Positions 28,330 to 38,213 of a DNA stretch of 52,781 nucleotides are shown here, piece after piece (positions within the stretch are counted from its first letter, which is position 1; each line of letters opens with the position of its first letter). This stretch comes from Candidatus Iainarchaeum sp. (GTDB lineage: Archaea; Iainarchaeota; Iainarchaeia; Iainarchaeales; UBA10191), in NCBI GenBank assembly GCA_030649735.1, contig JAUSFL010000040.1, forward strand, positions 1 through 52,781, given 5' to 3'. The position numbers were made by a program, and so were the translations under genes. The notes below the pieces were generated by a model, which worked only from the letters and a program-made list of their open reading frames with translations, searched no databases and had not been told where the DNA came from.

Positions 28330-30606
28330 TTGAAGATTAAGGGATTGCAGGTCGGAGAGTATGCGGTAAAGACTGTTTCCGGAAAGCGCGATTTGGTTTT
28401 TGACTGCAAGCACTGCCCTTACGGGGCCTCAATTTCTGACGATTACCGCTGCCGCTTTCACGTCTTTTCCGGATTGGGCGAACTTGATGCCGACTTGATT
28501 GTTTTTGCCGAAGTTTATGAAAGAGTCTATGAGGAAAAGCAGGTTGGAATGCTTACTGAAATTGCCCGGCTTGGAAAAAAATTCGAGAACGAGGCAATTT
28601 GGTCTTCTGGAAACTTGGGCTTGCCTGAGTTTGAAAAGAATTTTGGCGAAAGGCATGACGCTTTAGTGACTATCACTCACGAATTGATTTCTTACGATCC
28701 AATAAGCGCTTACCTGCAGTGCCTTCAGGAATTAAAGCGCGTTGCAGACTTGGCAAAGTCTTCCGATGAAAACGCGCGAAAGGACTGGCTGTTTTACCTT
28801 AAGACTCTGAATTATGTCAAGGAACAGTTTGAAAAGACTGTCTTGATTGACGAGGCAAAAAAAGTCCTGATTCGATTGAAGGAAATTCCTGACTCGCGGG
28901 ACTTTTACAGGATGTTTTTTGACGCGCAAATAAAGCCAGCTTTCATTGGCTCAAGGCTTGCCTTTGAGCAGAAGGAAGACTTTGAATTATTGGACGATTA
29001 CGTTGTCGCGAAAAGCTCTGTGCAAATTTTCAAGCACCCGAACAAGCCGCAGAAAATGTATTTCATAAACCCTCCGGAGTATTCCCTGCCTCCGGAAAAG
29101 TACGGGATTTGGTCAGAGGTTAAGGGAATTGTCCATTCGCTCAAGCCTGGGAAAATAAACATTTCAGCAATTTCAAAGTCCAGAAAGTACTTCGAGAGAA
29201 TTTACGAAGGCACTATAATGGACACTGCAAAAAAATACAATATCAAATTGACTGCAGAGGAAATCAGCGAGCTTGCGGAAATTGTCGCGCGCTACACTGT
29301 AGGCTATGGAATCCTGGAAATCTTGCTTTCAGACAGGCACATTACTGACATTTATTTGGACGCCCCGATTGGCGCAAAGCCAATTTATATAGTGCATTCT
29401 GAATTCGGCCAGTGCGTTACAAACATTTCCTACAGTGAAGAGGAAGCCAGCGCTTTGATTTCAAAATTGCGCGCAATGTCCGGAAGGCCTTTTGATGAAA
29501 GCCATCCAGTGCTGGATTTTGACTTGGAAGAATTGCAGACAAGGGTTGCTGTCATTGGCCCGCCTTTATCTCCTGATGGCGCTGCCTTTGCTTTCAGGTT
29601 GCACAAGACAACTCCTTGGACTTTATGCCAGTTTGTCGACAACAAGATGATTACTCCGTTAGGCGCCGGCCTGCTTTCTTTTTTCGTTGACAACCAGGCG
29701 ACAATGCTTGTGACTGGCTCGCGCGGTTCTGGAAAAACCAGTTTAATGCAGGCTTTAATGCTTGAAATTCCGCAAAACTCCAGAATTTTAGTTCAGGAAG
29801 ACACTTTGGAAATTCCAGTGCCTTACATGAAAGAGATTGGATTCAACATTCAGCGCTTGAAAACCCGCTCTCCGATTTCAGTCTCAAGGACTGAAACTGA
29901 AGTCGCGCCTGAAGAGTCCTTGAGGACTGCCTTGCGCTTGGGAGATTCCGCGCTTATTTTGGGAGAAGTCCGCTCTTTAGAGGCAAAAGTATTGTACGAG
30001 GCAATGCGTGTTGGCGCCGCAGGAAACATTGTAATGGGCACAATTCACGGCGATTCAGCATACAGTGTTTGGGACCGCGTTGTCAACGACCTTGGAGTGC
30101 CTAACACTTCCTTTAAGGCAACTGACCTTGTGGTTGTTGCAAGGCCCATAAGGTTTTCTGGTTCTTTGGAGAGAGTGCGTAGGGTTTCCCAAGTGACTGA
30201 AGTGAAAAAGCACTGGATTTCAGACCCGGAACGCGAGGGCGGATTATTGGATTTGATGCTTTATGACACCAAGAAAGACAATCTTGACTTGCTGGAAGAC
30301 AATTTGAAGGAAAGTGACTTGTTTTCCAAGCTTTCAAAAATTTCCGGCCTTACAATGCAGGAAATGTGGCAGAGCATTAGAATGAACGCGTCTTCCAAGG
30401 AATTCCTTGTGAAATTAAGGCAGGACTTGAATCTTCCGGAAATTCTGGAGGCCGAGAACACTGTGATTGCAAACAACAAGCTATTGCTCTTAAAGCAGGA
30501 CCAAATTGAAAAGTTTGGCAGCGTGGATTATGACGCTGTATTAGGCGAGTGGAAAAACTGGACGCGTGAAGTCTTCGCAAAACGCCTTTCAGTGAAGAAA
30601 AAATAG
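28330..30606 (+). CDS. Type II/IV secretion system ATPase (TadA/CpaF/VirB11/FlaI family), pilus assembly motor
   Basis: Walker A GSRGSGKTS, Asp box QEDTLEI, Walker B LILGEVR, His box GTIHG; N-terminal CKHC...C motif. Confidence 0.95.
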   Translation: MKIKGLQVGEYAVKTVSGKRDLVFDCKHCPYGASISDDYRCRFHVFSGLGELDADLIVFAEVYERVYEEKQVGMLTEIARLGKKFENEAIWSSGNLGLPEFEKNFGERHDALVTITHELISYDPISAYLQCLQELKRVADLAKSSDENARKDWLFYLKTLNYVKEQFEKTVLIDEAKKVLIRLKEIPDSRDFYRMFFDAQIKPAFIGSRLAFEQKEDFELLDDYVVAKSSVQIFKHPNKPQKMYFINPPEYSLPPEKYGIWSEVKGIVHSLKPGKINISAISKSRKYFERIYEGTIMDTAKKYNIKLTAEEISELAEIVARYTVGYGILEILLSDRHITDIYLDAPIGAKPIYIVHSEFGQCVTNISYSEEEASALISKLRAMSGRPFDESHPVLDFDLEELQTRVAVIGPPLSPDGAAFAFRLHKTTPWTLCQFVDNKMITPLGAGLLSFFVDNQATMLVTGSRGSGKTSLMQALMLEIPQNSRILVQEDTLEIPVPYMKEIGFNIQRLKTRSPISVSRTETEVAPEESLRTALRLGDSALILGEVRSLEAKVLYEAMRVGAAGNIVMGTIHGDSAYSVWDRVVNDLGVPNTSFKATDLVVVARPIRFSGSLERVRRVSQVTEVKKHWISDPEREGGLLDLMLYDTKKDNLDLLEDNLKESDLFSKLSKISGLTMQEMWQSIRMNASSKEFLVKLRQDLNLPEILEAENTVIANNKLLLLKQDQIEKFGSVDYDAVLGEWKNWTREVFAKRLSVKKK

Positions 30607-30662
30607 GGTTTTTTTCCAAAATTTTTTATTGGCAGTTTGCGCGATAAATGCAACTGCTTCCT

Positions 30663-33600
30663 TCATTGAGCACAAAGCTGGTTTGTTTTTCCATAATCTC
30701 CACTTTGGTTCACAAAGTTTTGCACTAGCGTAATGTCATTTTGTGTGAATATTCCGTCGCCGTCTGCGTCAATGCAGCAAATGTTTTCCGGCATTGGGGA
30801 ATTGCCAGCAAGTATTTGCTCCATTAATGTGACATCGCTCCAATCAATATAGCCACGCCACCCATTTGTTACAATCCAGTTTTCATCCCTGTACAGGCTG
30901 TAATATCCTTTAATGCTTCCAACTACTGAGCCTGGACCGCAATAATTTTGTTGAGATGTTTGAGGAATAGTCCATTTATTCTCTGAATTGTTCCAGCTTG
31001 CAGTTAAAGTCTTTGAAAAGCTTGGCTGGCTTCTAAAACTATTATCAAGATTCCACTCGAAGGCATAAACTCCGTCAATGCACTGTTCTAGCTCAGCATC
31101 TGAAAGCCACTGTGGATAACTACCCAAGCCGCAGCTTATCTGCCACCCCACATAATTTGCCAATAACCCATTTTGCTGTACCACTGTTCCATCAGGCTTT
31201 GTTATTTTCAAATAGCCTTTTGCGGAATCATACAATGAGATTTCAAAATAGTCTGAAGCGTCAAAGACCTCGCCGTAAATCACGCTTGAATAATAAGGGT
31301 TTTTAATTTCTGCCCTAAGTGGGTTGCTCCAGAATTGCAAAATTCTTGGCAATGCTCCAGTTCGCATGAAATTATTTGTTCCATCCCACGAAGTAATTGA
31401 ATAATGATTGTCGCTTGGAGTGCCGCTCCATCCTGGCGCATAATTCCAAGTCCAAGAGCCAGCCGCTGCCATTACTCCTTTTCCCTGCGATTCTTCAGAC
31501 AATAGCTGTATTGTCCTTGGCAAGTCTATTCTAGGCAACGTTGTGACCATGAAGCCCATGCCTGCCGGCGGGTTTACCCAGGCTTGGCCGTAAGTGTTGA
31601 CTCCAAAATTATTGTTGTTTACGTTTATTATTTCATTAGGGATTTGAATCGTTGACTGCCTTAATGAACTTTGAGGAACGCTGTTCAATTCTCCATTGAA
31701 CGGGAGCAAGTAAAAATAATTCAAAGTTGCAATCTTTCTGGTGAATTCGAAATTCCTGAATTTCTCCTTTGCGTTTATTTTTTTGTCAAAATAATAGTTT
31801 GTGAAATTTGGGCTTGCTGAATAATACCTGGTTTTAAAGTTATTCAGCATTTGAGAGCAAGCTCCAGAATCGCTGATTGACCACCCAAAGGTTATTGTGC
31901 TCAGGCTTGTGTCGTAGGCATCAAGACTGTTTGCTGAAATAATTTCCGAGCCGTTGTCTTTTGTTTCTATTGTGCTGGCTTCATCAAGCGAAATGCTTCC
32001 CGAAGTTCCAGCAATTGTCGTGCCGGCAACCATGTAATAATATGTCAGGCTTTTATCCAGCCAAATGCCATCATTGTTTTCTATTCCCTTAAAGCTCATG
32101 TTTGAAACAATCAAGTCAAATTTGTCCAAGTCTGAAAAAACTTGGAAATCAGTGCTTAATAAGGCGTGGTCTTGAAGGTTTTGGACTACAAAGCTTTGGA
32201 AAGGCGCAACGCCAACAAGATCTCCGTTAGAGTCGACGCCAACAACTTGAAGGTCAACAAATGCAAAATTTTGGTCTTGCGATTCTTGCCTTAATGACAA
32301 GTCAACATGCAGTCTTTTTCCCCGGGCGAAAGAGAAAGGCACTGAATACTGCTTTTCTCCAGTTGGGCTTGTGCAATTGTTTGAGGAGGAAATGCTAATG
32401 CTTCCGGCAAACATTCCTGCCTTTTGGCTTAAATTGTTAACGTCGCCGGCAATCGAAAAATTTACTGTTTTTTCTTCACCAGGTTGAATGCACAATTCTT
32501 TACTTGAGCTTCCATCAAAGGTAGTGAAAAAAGGTCCTTCCGGCCTGACAATTATTCTTTGCTCTACCGGGCTTATGTTTTTCATTTTAAAGTTTCCTGA
32601 AGGCCTTGCGCTGTTTATTTCATAAATTCCCAAGTCTATTGGCATTGGGGAAACAAAAATCCTCGCATTGATTGCTTCAAGAGGCTGTATTCTTCCGCCA
32701 CCAGCCTGCATTTCAGTGGAATATGGAATTAGATTCCAAGTTCCGGGAGTTGTTATTGCGCTTTTTCCGCTTAATATAAGCGAATTTTTTATCATCTCAG
32801 CATTCCAATCCGGATGCGCTTGCTTTATCAAAGCAACGCTGCCTGCAGTGACAGGAGTTGCCATTGAAGTTCCCGCAAGCAAAACATGCTTGTTGTCAAG
32901 GCAGGTCGTATAGATTGGGTTGTGTGTTGTGAAATCAACTGAGTCATATCTTGTGGCGCAAATCAATGCGCCTGGAGCGACAACATCTGGCTTTAGAATC
33001 ATTTTGTCTTTCCAAATCACTGGCCCTTTAGAGCTGAATGGGGTTATTTCATCAACTTGCGGGTTTGAATCACTCCATAATTCTTCACTATAATCTTTCT
33101 TGAATGTTGCTCCGACAGTAATGGCTTTCCTTGCTGTTCCAGGGCTTCCAATTGAAAGGAATCCTCCGTCATTTCCGGCTGCGATTACTGAAACAATGCC
33201 GGCGTTTGCTGCATTGTCTATTGCCTGGCTTATTGGATCGTCAGGATCTCCCGAGCCTCCAAGGCTCAAGTTTATCACATCCAAATGGTCTGAAGGGTTT
33301 CCGTCATTATTTGGGTCAATTGCCCAGTCAATGGCTAATATTATTCCAGAATAGCTTCCATACCCTGCTGAATTCAAAACTTTTAAAGCATACAATTTTG
33401 ACTCTGGCGCCACTCCCTTGAATGGCGTGCCATTGGCAATTCCATTAGCTCCGATTATTCCTGCAACGTGGGTTCCGTGGCCCATGTCATCCATTGGGTC
33501 ATTGTCATTGTTTACAAAATCATAGCCGCCGGCAATCCTGCAGCTTCCCCCAATGCTTGAGCAGCTTCCAAAGTCTGAGTGCGTGTAGTCTATTCCAGTA

Positions 33601-34694
33601 TCTATTATTCCAACCTTAATGTCTTTGCCCGTCAGGTTTCCGCCATTTGGCGCAGGCAATTGCCAAACAGTGTCAGCGCCAATTAATGGAACAGTGTAGT
33701 CCAAGAGCGCTTCTACTTTTTCATCAGTATAGACTGCTTTCACTCCAGGAATGTTTTTTATTCTTGCAATTGATTGCCCGTTTGGTAATTTTACTGCAAA
33801 TCCGTTAAAGCTCCATGAAAAATCTGAAATTTTTCTTGCGCCTGGAAAAATTGCGCTTATTTGCGAGAGCACGCTTTGCTTTTGTACAAGGATTAATTGT
33901 TTTTGGACACCCAGCTGGCTTGCCAATTCAGCAAAATTTTTGCCTGAAAATCCCTTGCTGTTAATGAATTTTTCCAAAGGATCCAAATCAAGCTCTATTA
34001 TGTAATTGCTTTGGGAAGCATCAATGACTCTTGCGTTCTTTGCTTTTTCTGCTAGGGTTTCAATTTTGCCGGTTTCCTGGCTGAAAATTACTGGCTGGGC
34101 ATTTTTTACTTTAATTGTTTGTTTTTCCACTCCAGAATTTGGAAGCAAAGTATTTGCACTGGTTCTTTTGAACACTGTTAAAACATTCTCGGCTTCCAAG
34201 CTGCTTGAGTTTGAGCCTGAATTGCTGCATGCGCTATAGCAGTCTCCAGAACAGCAGGATTGCGTGTCCCTTGCATTCAACCAGCTTCCATCGCATAATT
34301 CGCCATTATCGTAAGAATTGCAGTAATTTCCATTTTGGTCTCCGCAAATGCTTAATGAACTGCAGTCATTGTCATTGCCGCATTGGTTTTGCCCGCTGCC
34401 TTCTACTTGCACGCATTGCTGGCTTTGGCATTCTGAATGGTATTGTGTTGTTGGGCAGTCTTGCGGGCAGGATTCTGGCGTTTCGCCATTATTGCAGGTT
34501 CCGTCACCGCAGTATTTTGTTTGCTGGCAGTCTTGCGGGCAGTATGTTGGAAGGCTGGGGTTGTCTTCGATTCCTTGCTCGCAGACATTGTCTCCGCATT
34601 GTGGCGGTTGGATTATGCAGCCTGAGAATGCAATTAATGCCGCGATTAGCAATAGAAAGGCAGTGGCTGTTTTGCAGTTCATTGTTATGTTCAA
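30663..34694 (-). CDS. S8 subtilisin-like serine protease, putative lipoprotein, with Cys-rich repeats, I9-like propeptide and dockerin-like C-terminus (1343 aa)
   Basis: Catalytic motifs IIDTGID, GHGTHVAGII, AAGN, GTSMATP; lipobox-like IAFSGC; CGDxxC repeats; DADGDGIFTQND at the C-terminus. The start may be ATG 34682. Confidence 0.93.
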   Translation of the reverse strand: MNITMNCKTATAFLLLIAALIAFSGCIIQPPQCGDNVCEQGIEDNPSLPTYCPQDCQQTKYCGDGTCNNGETPESCPQDCPTTQYHSECQSQQCVQVEGSGQNQCGNDNDCSSLSICGDQNGNYCNSYDNGELCDGSWLNARDTQSCCSGDCYSACSNSGSNSSSLEAENVLTVFKRTSANTLLPNSGVEKQTIKVKNAQPVIFSQETGKIETLAEKAKNARVIDASQSNYIIELDLDPLEKFINSKGFSGKNFAELASQLGVQKQLILVQKQSVLSQISAIFPGARKISDFSWSFNGFAVKLPNGQSIARIKNIPGVKAVYTDEKVEALLDYTVPLIGADTVWQLPAPNGGNLTGKDIKVGIIDTGIDYTHSDFGSCSSIGGSCRIAGGYDFVNNDNDPMDDMGHGTHVAGIIGANGIANGTPFKGVAPESKLYALKVLNSAGYGSYSGIILAIDWAIDPNNDGNPSDHLDVINLSLGGSGDPDDPISQAIDNAANAGIVSVIAAGNDGGFLSIGSPGTARKAITVGATFKKDYSEELWSDSNPQVDEITPFSSKGPVIWKDKMILKPDVVAPGALICATRYDSVDFTTHNPIYTTCLDNKHVLLAGTSMATPVTAGSVALIKQAHPDWNAEMIKNSLILSGKSAITTPGTWNLIPYSTEMQAGGGRIQPLEAINARIFVSPMPIDLGIYEINSARPSGNFKMKNISPVEQRIIVRPEGPFFTTFDGSSSKELCIQPGEEKTVNFSIAGDVNNLSQKAGMFAGSISISSSNNCTSPTGEKQYSVPFSFARGKRLHVDLSLRQESQDQNFAFVDLQVVGVDSNGDLVGVAPFQSFVVQNLQDHALLSTDFQVFSDLDKFDLIVSNMSFKGIENNDGIWLDKSLTYYYMVAGTTIAGTSGSISLDEASTIETKDNGSEIISANSLDAYDTSLSTITFGWSISDSGACSQMLNNFKTRYYSASPNFTNYYFDKKINAKEKFRNFEFTRKIATLNYFYLLPFNGELNSVPQSSLRQSTIQIPNEIINVNNNNFGVNTYGQAWVNPPAGMGFMVTTLPRIDLPRTIQLLSEESQGKGVMAAAGSWTWNYAPGWSGTPSDNHYSITSWDGTNNFMRTGALPRILQFWSNPLRAEIKNPYYSSVIYGEVFDASDYFEISLYDSAKGYLKITKPDGTVVQQNGLLANYVGWQISCGLGSYPQWLSDAELEQCIDGVYAFEWNLDNSFRSQPSFSKTLTASWNNSENKWTIPQTSQQNYCGPGSVVGSIKGYYSLYRDENWIVTNGWRGYIDWSDVTLMEQILAGNSPMPENICCIDADGDGIFTQNDITLVQNFVNQSGDYGKTNQLCAQ

Positions 34695-34782
34695 ATCCTT
34701 TGAGTTATTTATGCCTTTCGTGCTTTAAATTCCAGCATTATTTTAAAACCCGGCTTCCTTTAATTTTAAGGTTTTTTCGAAA

Positions 34783-37155
34783 ATGCCAAGCAAGCAGAAT
34801 GCCAAGTCTCAAGAGCATAACATTGGACAGCTTTACAGCCAGATTACTGTAGACTCTGACTTGTTTTCAAACCCTGCTGAAAAAAAGCTTGAAAAGCGAA
34901 AGTTTCACCCATTTGTCGCGTTCTGCAAGAAAATTTACAAAATGTCCCCTGGCTTGGGGGGCAAGGGCGCAAAGTTTAATGAAGAGTTTGGGGAAGCAGT
35001 TGATTTTTTGGGCTGGCGCCTGCAGCCTGAAGACATGAATGCTGACTGGAATTTGAGGCCCGAGGAATTGAATGCCGCAGCGACTTTTTCAATGATTGTT
35101 GCGGGAATTGTTTTTGTAGGCCTTGGCTTTTTGACAATGTTTTTGATTGGCGATTATTTAAACAATGTTCTCGGGCCATTGTCTTACCTTTACATTTTTG
35201 CGCCCGCAATTTTGGCTGCCTTATTGATCACTTATTTCGTGCAGAATTTTCCTTTGGAAGAGGCAAAGACAGAGCAGGTAAAGGCATTGACTTTCGTGCC
35301 TGAAATAATGGGCTACTTGATAATGAGCATGAAGCTCGTTCCGAACCTGGAAAAGGCAGTCGAGTTTGCGGCAGAGCACGGGCATGGAAAAATTTGCGAC
35401 GACTTCAAGGTTCTTTTATGGGATTTGGAATTAGGGAATTTCAACACGCTTTCTGAAGGATTGGATGAACTGGCATTGCGTTGGGGAAAGTACAGCACTG
35501 AATTCAAGGAAAGCCTCATGATGGTTAGGGCTTCGGTTTTGGAAGACACCGAGGCAAAACGTTACGCAATGCTTGACAAGACAATGACAAATCTTTTGGA
35601 GTCAGTGAAAACAAAAATGGAGCAGTACGCGCGCGATCTCTCCCAGCCTTCAATCTCGCTTTTCTACTTGGGTGTTTTGCTGCCTTTGATTTTGATTATC
35701 ATTTTGCCTGTTGGCAGTGCTTTTTCAGGCCAGCCTTTGGCAAGGACAGAGCTTTTGATTTTTGTGTACAACATTGTGATTCCAATAATGGCATTGGTTT
35801 TTGCATTGAACGTCATTAAAAAAAGGCCTCCGACTTACGAGCCCCCAAAAATTCCTGACAATCATCCATTGCTTCCGCCAAAATGGCAAATGGAATTTGG
35901 CGGCTTGAAGGCAGACTTGAGGGCAGTCATTGCATTGGTTTTGATTGTTGGATTCGGGCTTTCATTATTCCTGCATTTTTTTGGCCTAGGAATTCCATCA
36001 ATTGACGGGACTGCAGCATCATTGTGCATTATGCCCGGGCTTGAAAAATCAGGGCCTTGCTTTTTGGCTGACAAGACTCCGGAATTTGCATTGAAAAAGT
36101 CTGGAAACAAGCCAGCTAATTATTTTTCAGTTGAAGAGCCGGCTGTTGAAGGCACGCTTTACGCAAAGTATCGGCAGACAAGCGAAGACACTGAACTTGC
36201 GCGCGCCTTGGTTTTGAAAGAGCAGTTCAAGTTTTTCTCGCAGCCAAGCAATGACACTTCCCCCCAAACCTTGGTTTTTGGAATTCTTTTAACGCTTTCA
36301 TTATGCCTGTTCATTTTCTTTTACTACAGCAACATTTACAAGAGAAAAATCCAGCTTGACGCAATCCGCATTGAGTCAGAATTCAAGGAAGCATTGTACA
36401 TTCTTGCCTCAAGAATGGGCGAGAACAAGCCGATTGAGGACGCAATGAAGCACGTAAGGGATTTTTTGCCAAAGTATAAGGTAAGCACTGAAGTTTTTGG
36501 CAGGACAGTCCACAACATTGAAGTGATGGGAATGCCCTTGAATGAGGCCTTTTTTGACCAGACTTACGGTTCCTTGAAAGACAATCCATCAAGCATGGTA
36601 AAGTCCGCAATCAGGCTGGTTGTAGACTCTGTCCAATTGGGGGTTGAAGTCGCTTCAAGAACAATTGCATCGCTCTCAATGCAGCTTGCAAACCAGGACA
36701 AGGTCAACCAAAACCTGAAGGTCTTGGTTTCTGATGTTTCGCAAATGATGCGCTTAATGTCCACAATGGTCGGCCCGGCAATTTTGGGAGTGACTGTTTC
36801 ATTGCAGAAAATCGTAATGAGCACTTTGGCGAACGTTGTCAGCGTCAATCCGACAACAAACACTCCGGACATTCTTAACAGCGATTTAGGCAGCCTGGCA
36901 AACATTAGCCAGTCTTTTGCAATAAGCCCTGACACAATGCAGGCGCTAGTCACTCCAACAATGTTTTTGCTGATTGTCGCAGTTTACGTGATTGAAATCG
37001 TGATTGTTTTAATGTACTTCACTTCAAAAATAGAGGAAGACAATGATGTTGCCGCGCAAATAATCATTGCAAAGTCCCTTCCAGTCGCAGTAGTGGTGTT
37101 TCTGATTTCAGCAATTGTTTCAAGCATGGTAGTTGGCAACATGAGCTTTGGGTGA
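34783..37155 (+). CDS. Type II secretion system F family (TadC/FlaJ-like) platform protein with two T2SSF halves
   Basis: Two repeats of the cytoplasmic helical domain plus TM pattern (VPEIMGYLIMSMKLVPNLEKAVEF; EFKEALYILASRMGENKPIEDAM); sits between the ATPase and the pilin cluster. Confidence 0.85.
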   Translation: MPSKQNAKSQEHNIGQLYSQITVDSDLFSNPAEKKLEKRKFHPFVAFCKKIYKMSPGLGGKGAKFNEEFGEAVDFLGWRLQPEDMNADWNLRPEELNAAATFSMIVAGIVFVGLGFLTMFLIGDYLNNVLGPLSYLYIFAPAILAALLITYFVQNFPLEEAKTEQVKALTFVPEIMGYLIMSMKLVPNLEKAVEFAAEHGHGKICDDFKVLLWDLELGNFNTLSEGLDELALRWGKYSTEFKESLMMVRASVLEDTEAKRYAMLDKTMTNLLESVKTKMEQYARDLSQPSISLFYLGVLLPLILIIILPVGSAFSGQPLARTELLIFVYNIVIPIMALVFALNVIKKRPPTYEPPKIPDNHPLLPPKWQMEFGGLKADLRAVIALVLIVGFGLSLFLHFFGLGIPSIDGTAASLCIMPGLEKSGPCFLADKTPEFALKKSGNKPANYFSVEEPAVEGTLYAKYRQTSEDTELARALVLKEQFKFFSQPSNDTSPQTLVFGILLTLSLCLFIFFYYSNIYKRKIQLDAIRIESEFKEALYILASRMGENKPIEDAMKHVRDFLPKYKVSTEVFGRTVHNIEVMGMPLNEAFFDQTYGSLKDNPSSMVKSAIRLVVDSVQLGVEVASRTIASLSMQLANQDKVNQNLKVLVSDVSQMMRLMSTMVGPAILGVTVSLQKIVMSTLANVVSVNPTTNTPDILNSDLGSLANISQSFAISPDTMQALVTPTMFLLIVAVYVIEIVIVLMYFTSKIEEDNDVAAQIIIAKSLPVAVVVFLISAIVSSMVVGNMSFG

Positions 37156-37161
37156 TTTTTC

Positions 37162-37617
37162 TTGAATGTTAAAGGCCAGGAATCAGCGACTTTCGAGCTT
37201 TTGGTTGTTGCAGTGATGGGCTTGGCAATACTGGTGATTGTTTTGGGAATCTCCAATTATTTTTCAAGCAGGACAATGGAGGCCAGTGAAAGAAACTTCA
37301 ATGACGCCTTGAAAAGCGCGGTGAATTCGCCGAACGGGGCTGTCATTGTCGCGGAAGACATTATTCTTTCAGGCGGAAGCAAGACTTCAAGCTCGCTTTC
37401 AAAGCAAGTGAGCATTCCAGAAAATTGCATTAGAATTCAAGGCAGTGCTTCAGACTCTTGGTCAGTGAATGCGGGCGGAACAGCGATTTCAATCTCCCGG
37501 GCAATCCAGACCAATGTTTACTTCAGCTGTGCTTTGGGAGACGGGCATATTTCAGGCAGCGGCGAGGCTTGCGAAATAAGCTGCCTTGCGAGCTTTGGAG
37601 AAGAAATCACTCCTTGA
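37162..37617 (+). CDS. Type IV pilin-like protein (class III signal peptide)
   Basis: MNVKG|QESATFELLVVAVMGLAILVIV; GGTGA SD overlapping the upstream stop. Confidence 0.8.
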   Translation: MNVKGQESATFELLVVAVMGLAILVIVLGISNYFSSRTMEASERNFNDALKSAVNSPNGAVIVAEDIILSGGSKTSSSLSKQVSIPENCIRIQGSASDSWSVNAGGTAISISRAIQTNVYFSCALGDGHISGSGEACEISCLASFGEEITP

Positions 37618-37621
37618 ATGC

Positions 37622-37661
37622 AAAGCTATTTAAATGTCGAAGAATTAATTTTATTGGTGAA
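37622..37661 (+). promoter_or_regulatory. BRE/TATA-like promoter (aaagctatttaaat) and GGTGA SD upstream of pilin 37667
   Basis: TTTAAAT at 37628-37634 after a purine run; ggtga 6 nt before the ATG. Confidence 0.55.
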
Positions 37662-37666
37662 TTATA

Positions 37667-38200
37667 ATGCGTTTTAATTCTAAAGGACAGGCTTTTGATG
37701 TTTTCAAACTATTGATTGCCGCAGTCATTGCGTTGGCAATGCTTGCGATTTTAATCCCAATACTGAAAATTAACATTACAGCGAACGATCCTGGAAAGGC
37801 GGCTTCAGACCTGGTGAAAAGCAATTACGACAAGTACTCTGAATACAGCACCAGTCAGGAAGTATTGTTCAATTCAAGCGCCAGTTCATTGAACTTGAAG
37901 TCCATTGCAACTCAGTCAAAGAACATTTCTGCGACGCAGCTTTGCATTGGAATGGGAGATTTTGAAGGCTCTGAAGAGTTTTCTCTTGATGGAACCAGCG
38001 GAAATGTTGTCTTGAAGTATACTGGAACTTCCCAAAAGAGGGCAACCATTGGAATAATTTGCGATGACGCAAAAAGCCTTGAAGGCGACTTGACAAACCA
38101 GAGCATTACTCCGGGAACAATGAAGTGCGGCAATGGAGACAGCGAGCCTCCTTCAGAAAGCAGTGAAACTTACTGCATTTTGATCATGAAAGCAGCTTAA
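37667..38200 (+). CDS. Type IV pilin-like protein, candidate major pilin
   Basis: MRFNSKG|QAFDVFKLLIAAVIALAMLAILIP; has its own promoter, SD and terminator. Confidence 0.82.
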   Translation: MRFNSKGQAFDVFKLLIAAVIALAMLAILIPILKINITANDPGKAASDLVKSNYDKYSEYSTSQEVLFNSSASSLNLKSIATQSKNISATQLCIGMGDFEGSEEFSLDGTSGNVVLKYTGTSQKRATIGIICDDAKSLEGDLTNQSITPGTMKCGNGDSEPPSESSETYCILIMKAA

Positions 38201-38213
38201 TTGATTACGCGCT

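Noticed and set aside
30632-30657. Imperfect inverted repeat gcagtttgc...gcaactgc between convergent genes as a mobile-element end
   Set aside because: No matching end on the other flank and no transposase; more likely terminator-related or chance
34205-34852. 215-aa plus-strand ORF and neighbours opposite the protease 5' end
   Set aside because: Antisense to the Cys-rich repeat region, with implausible composition
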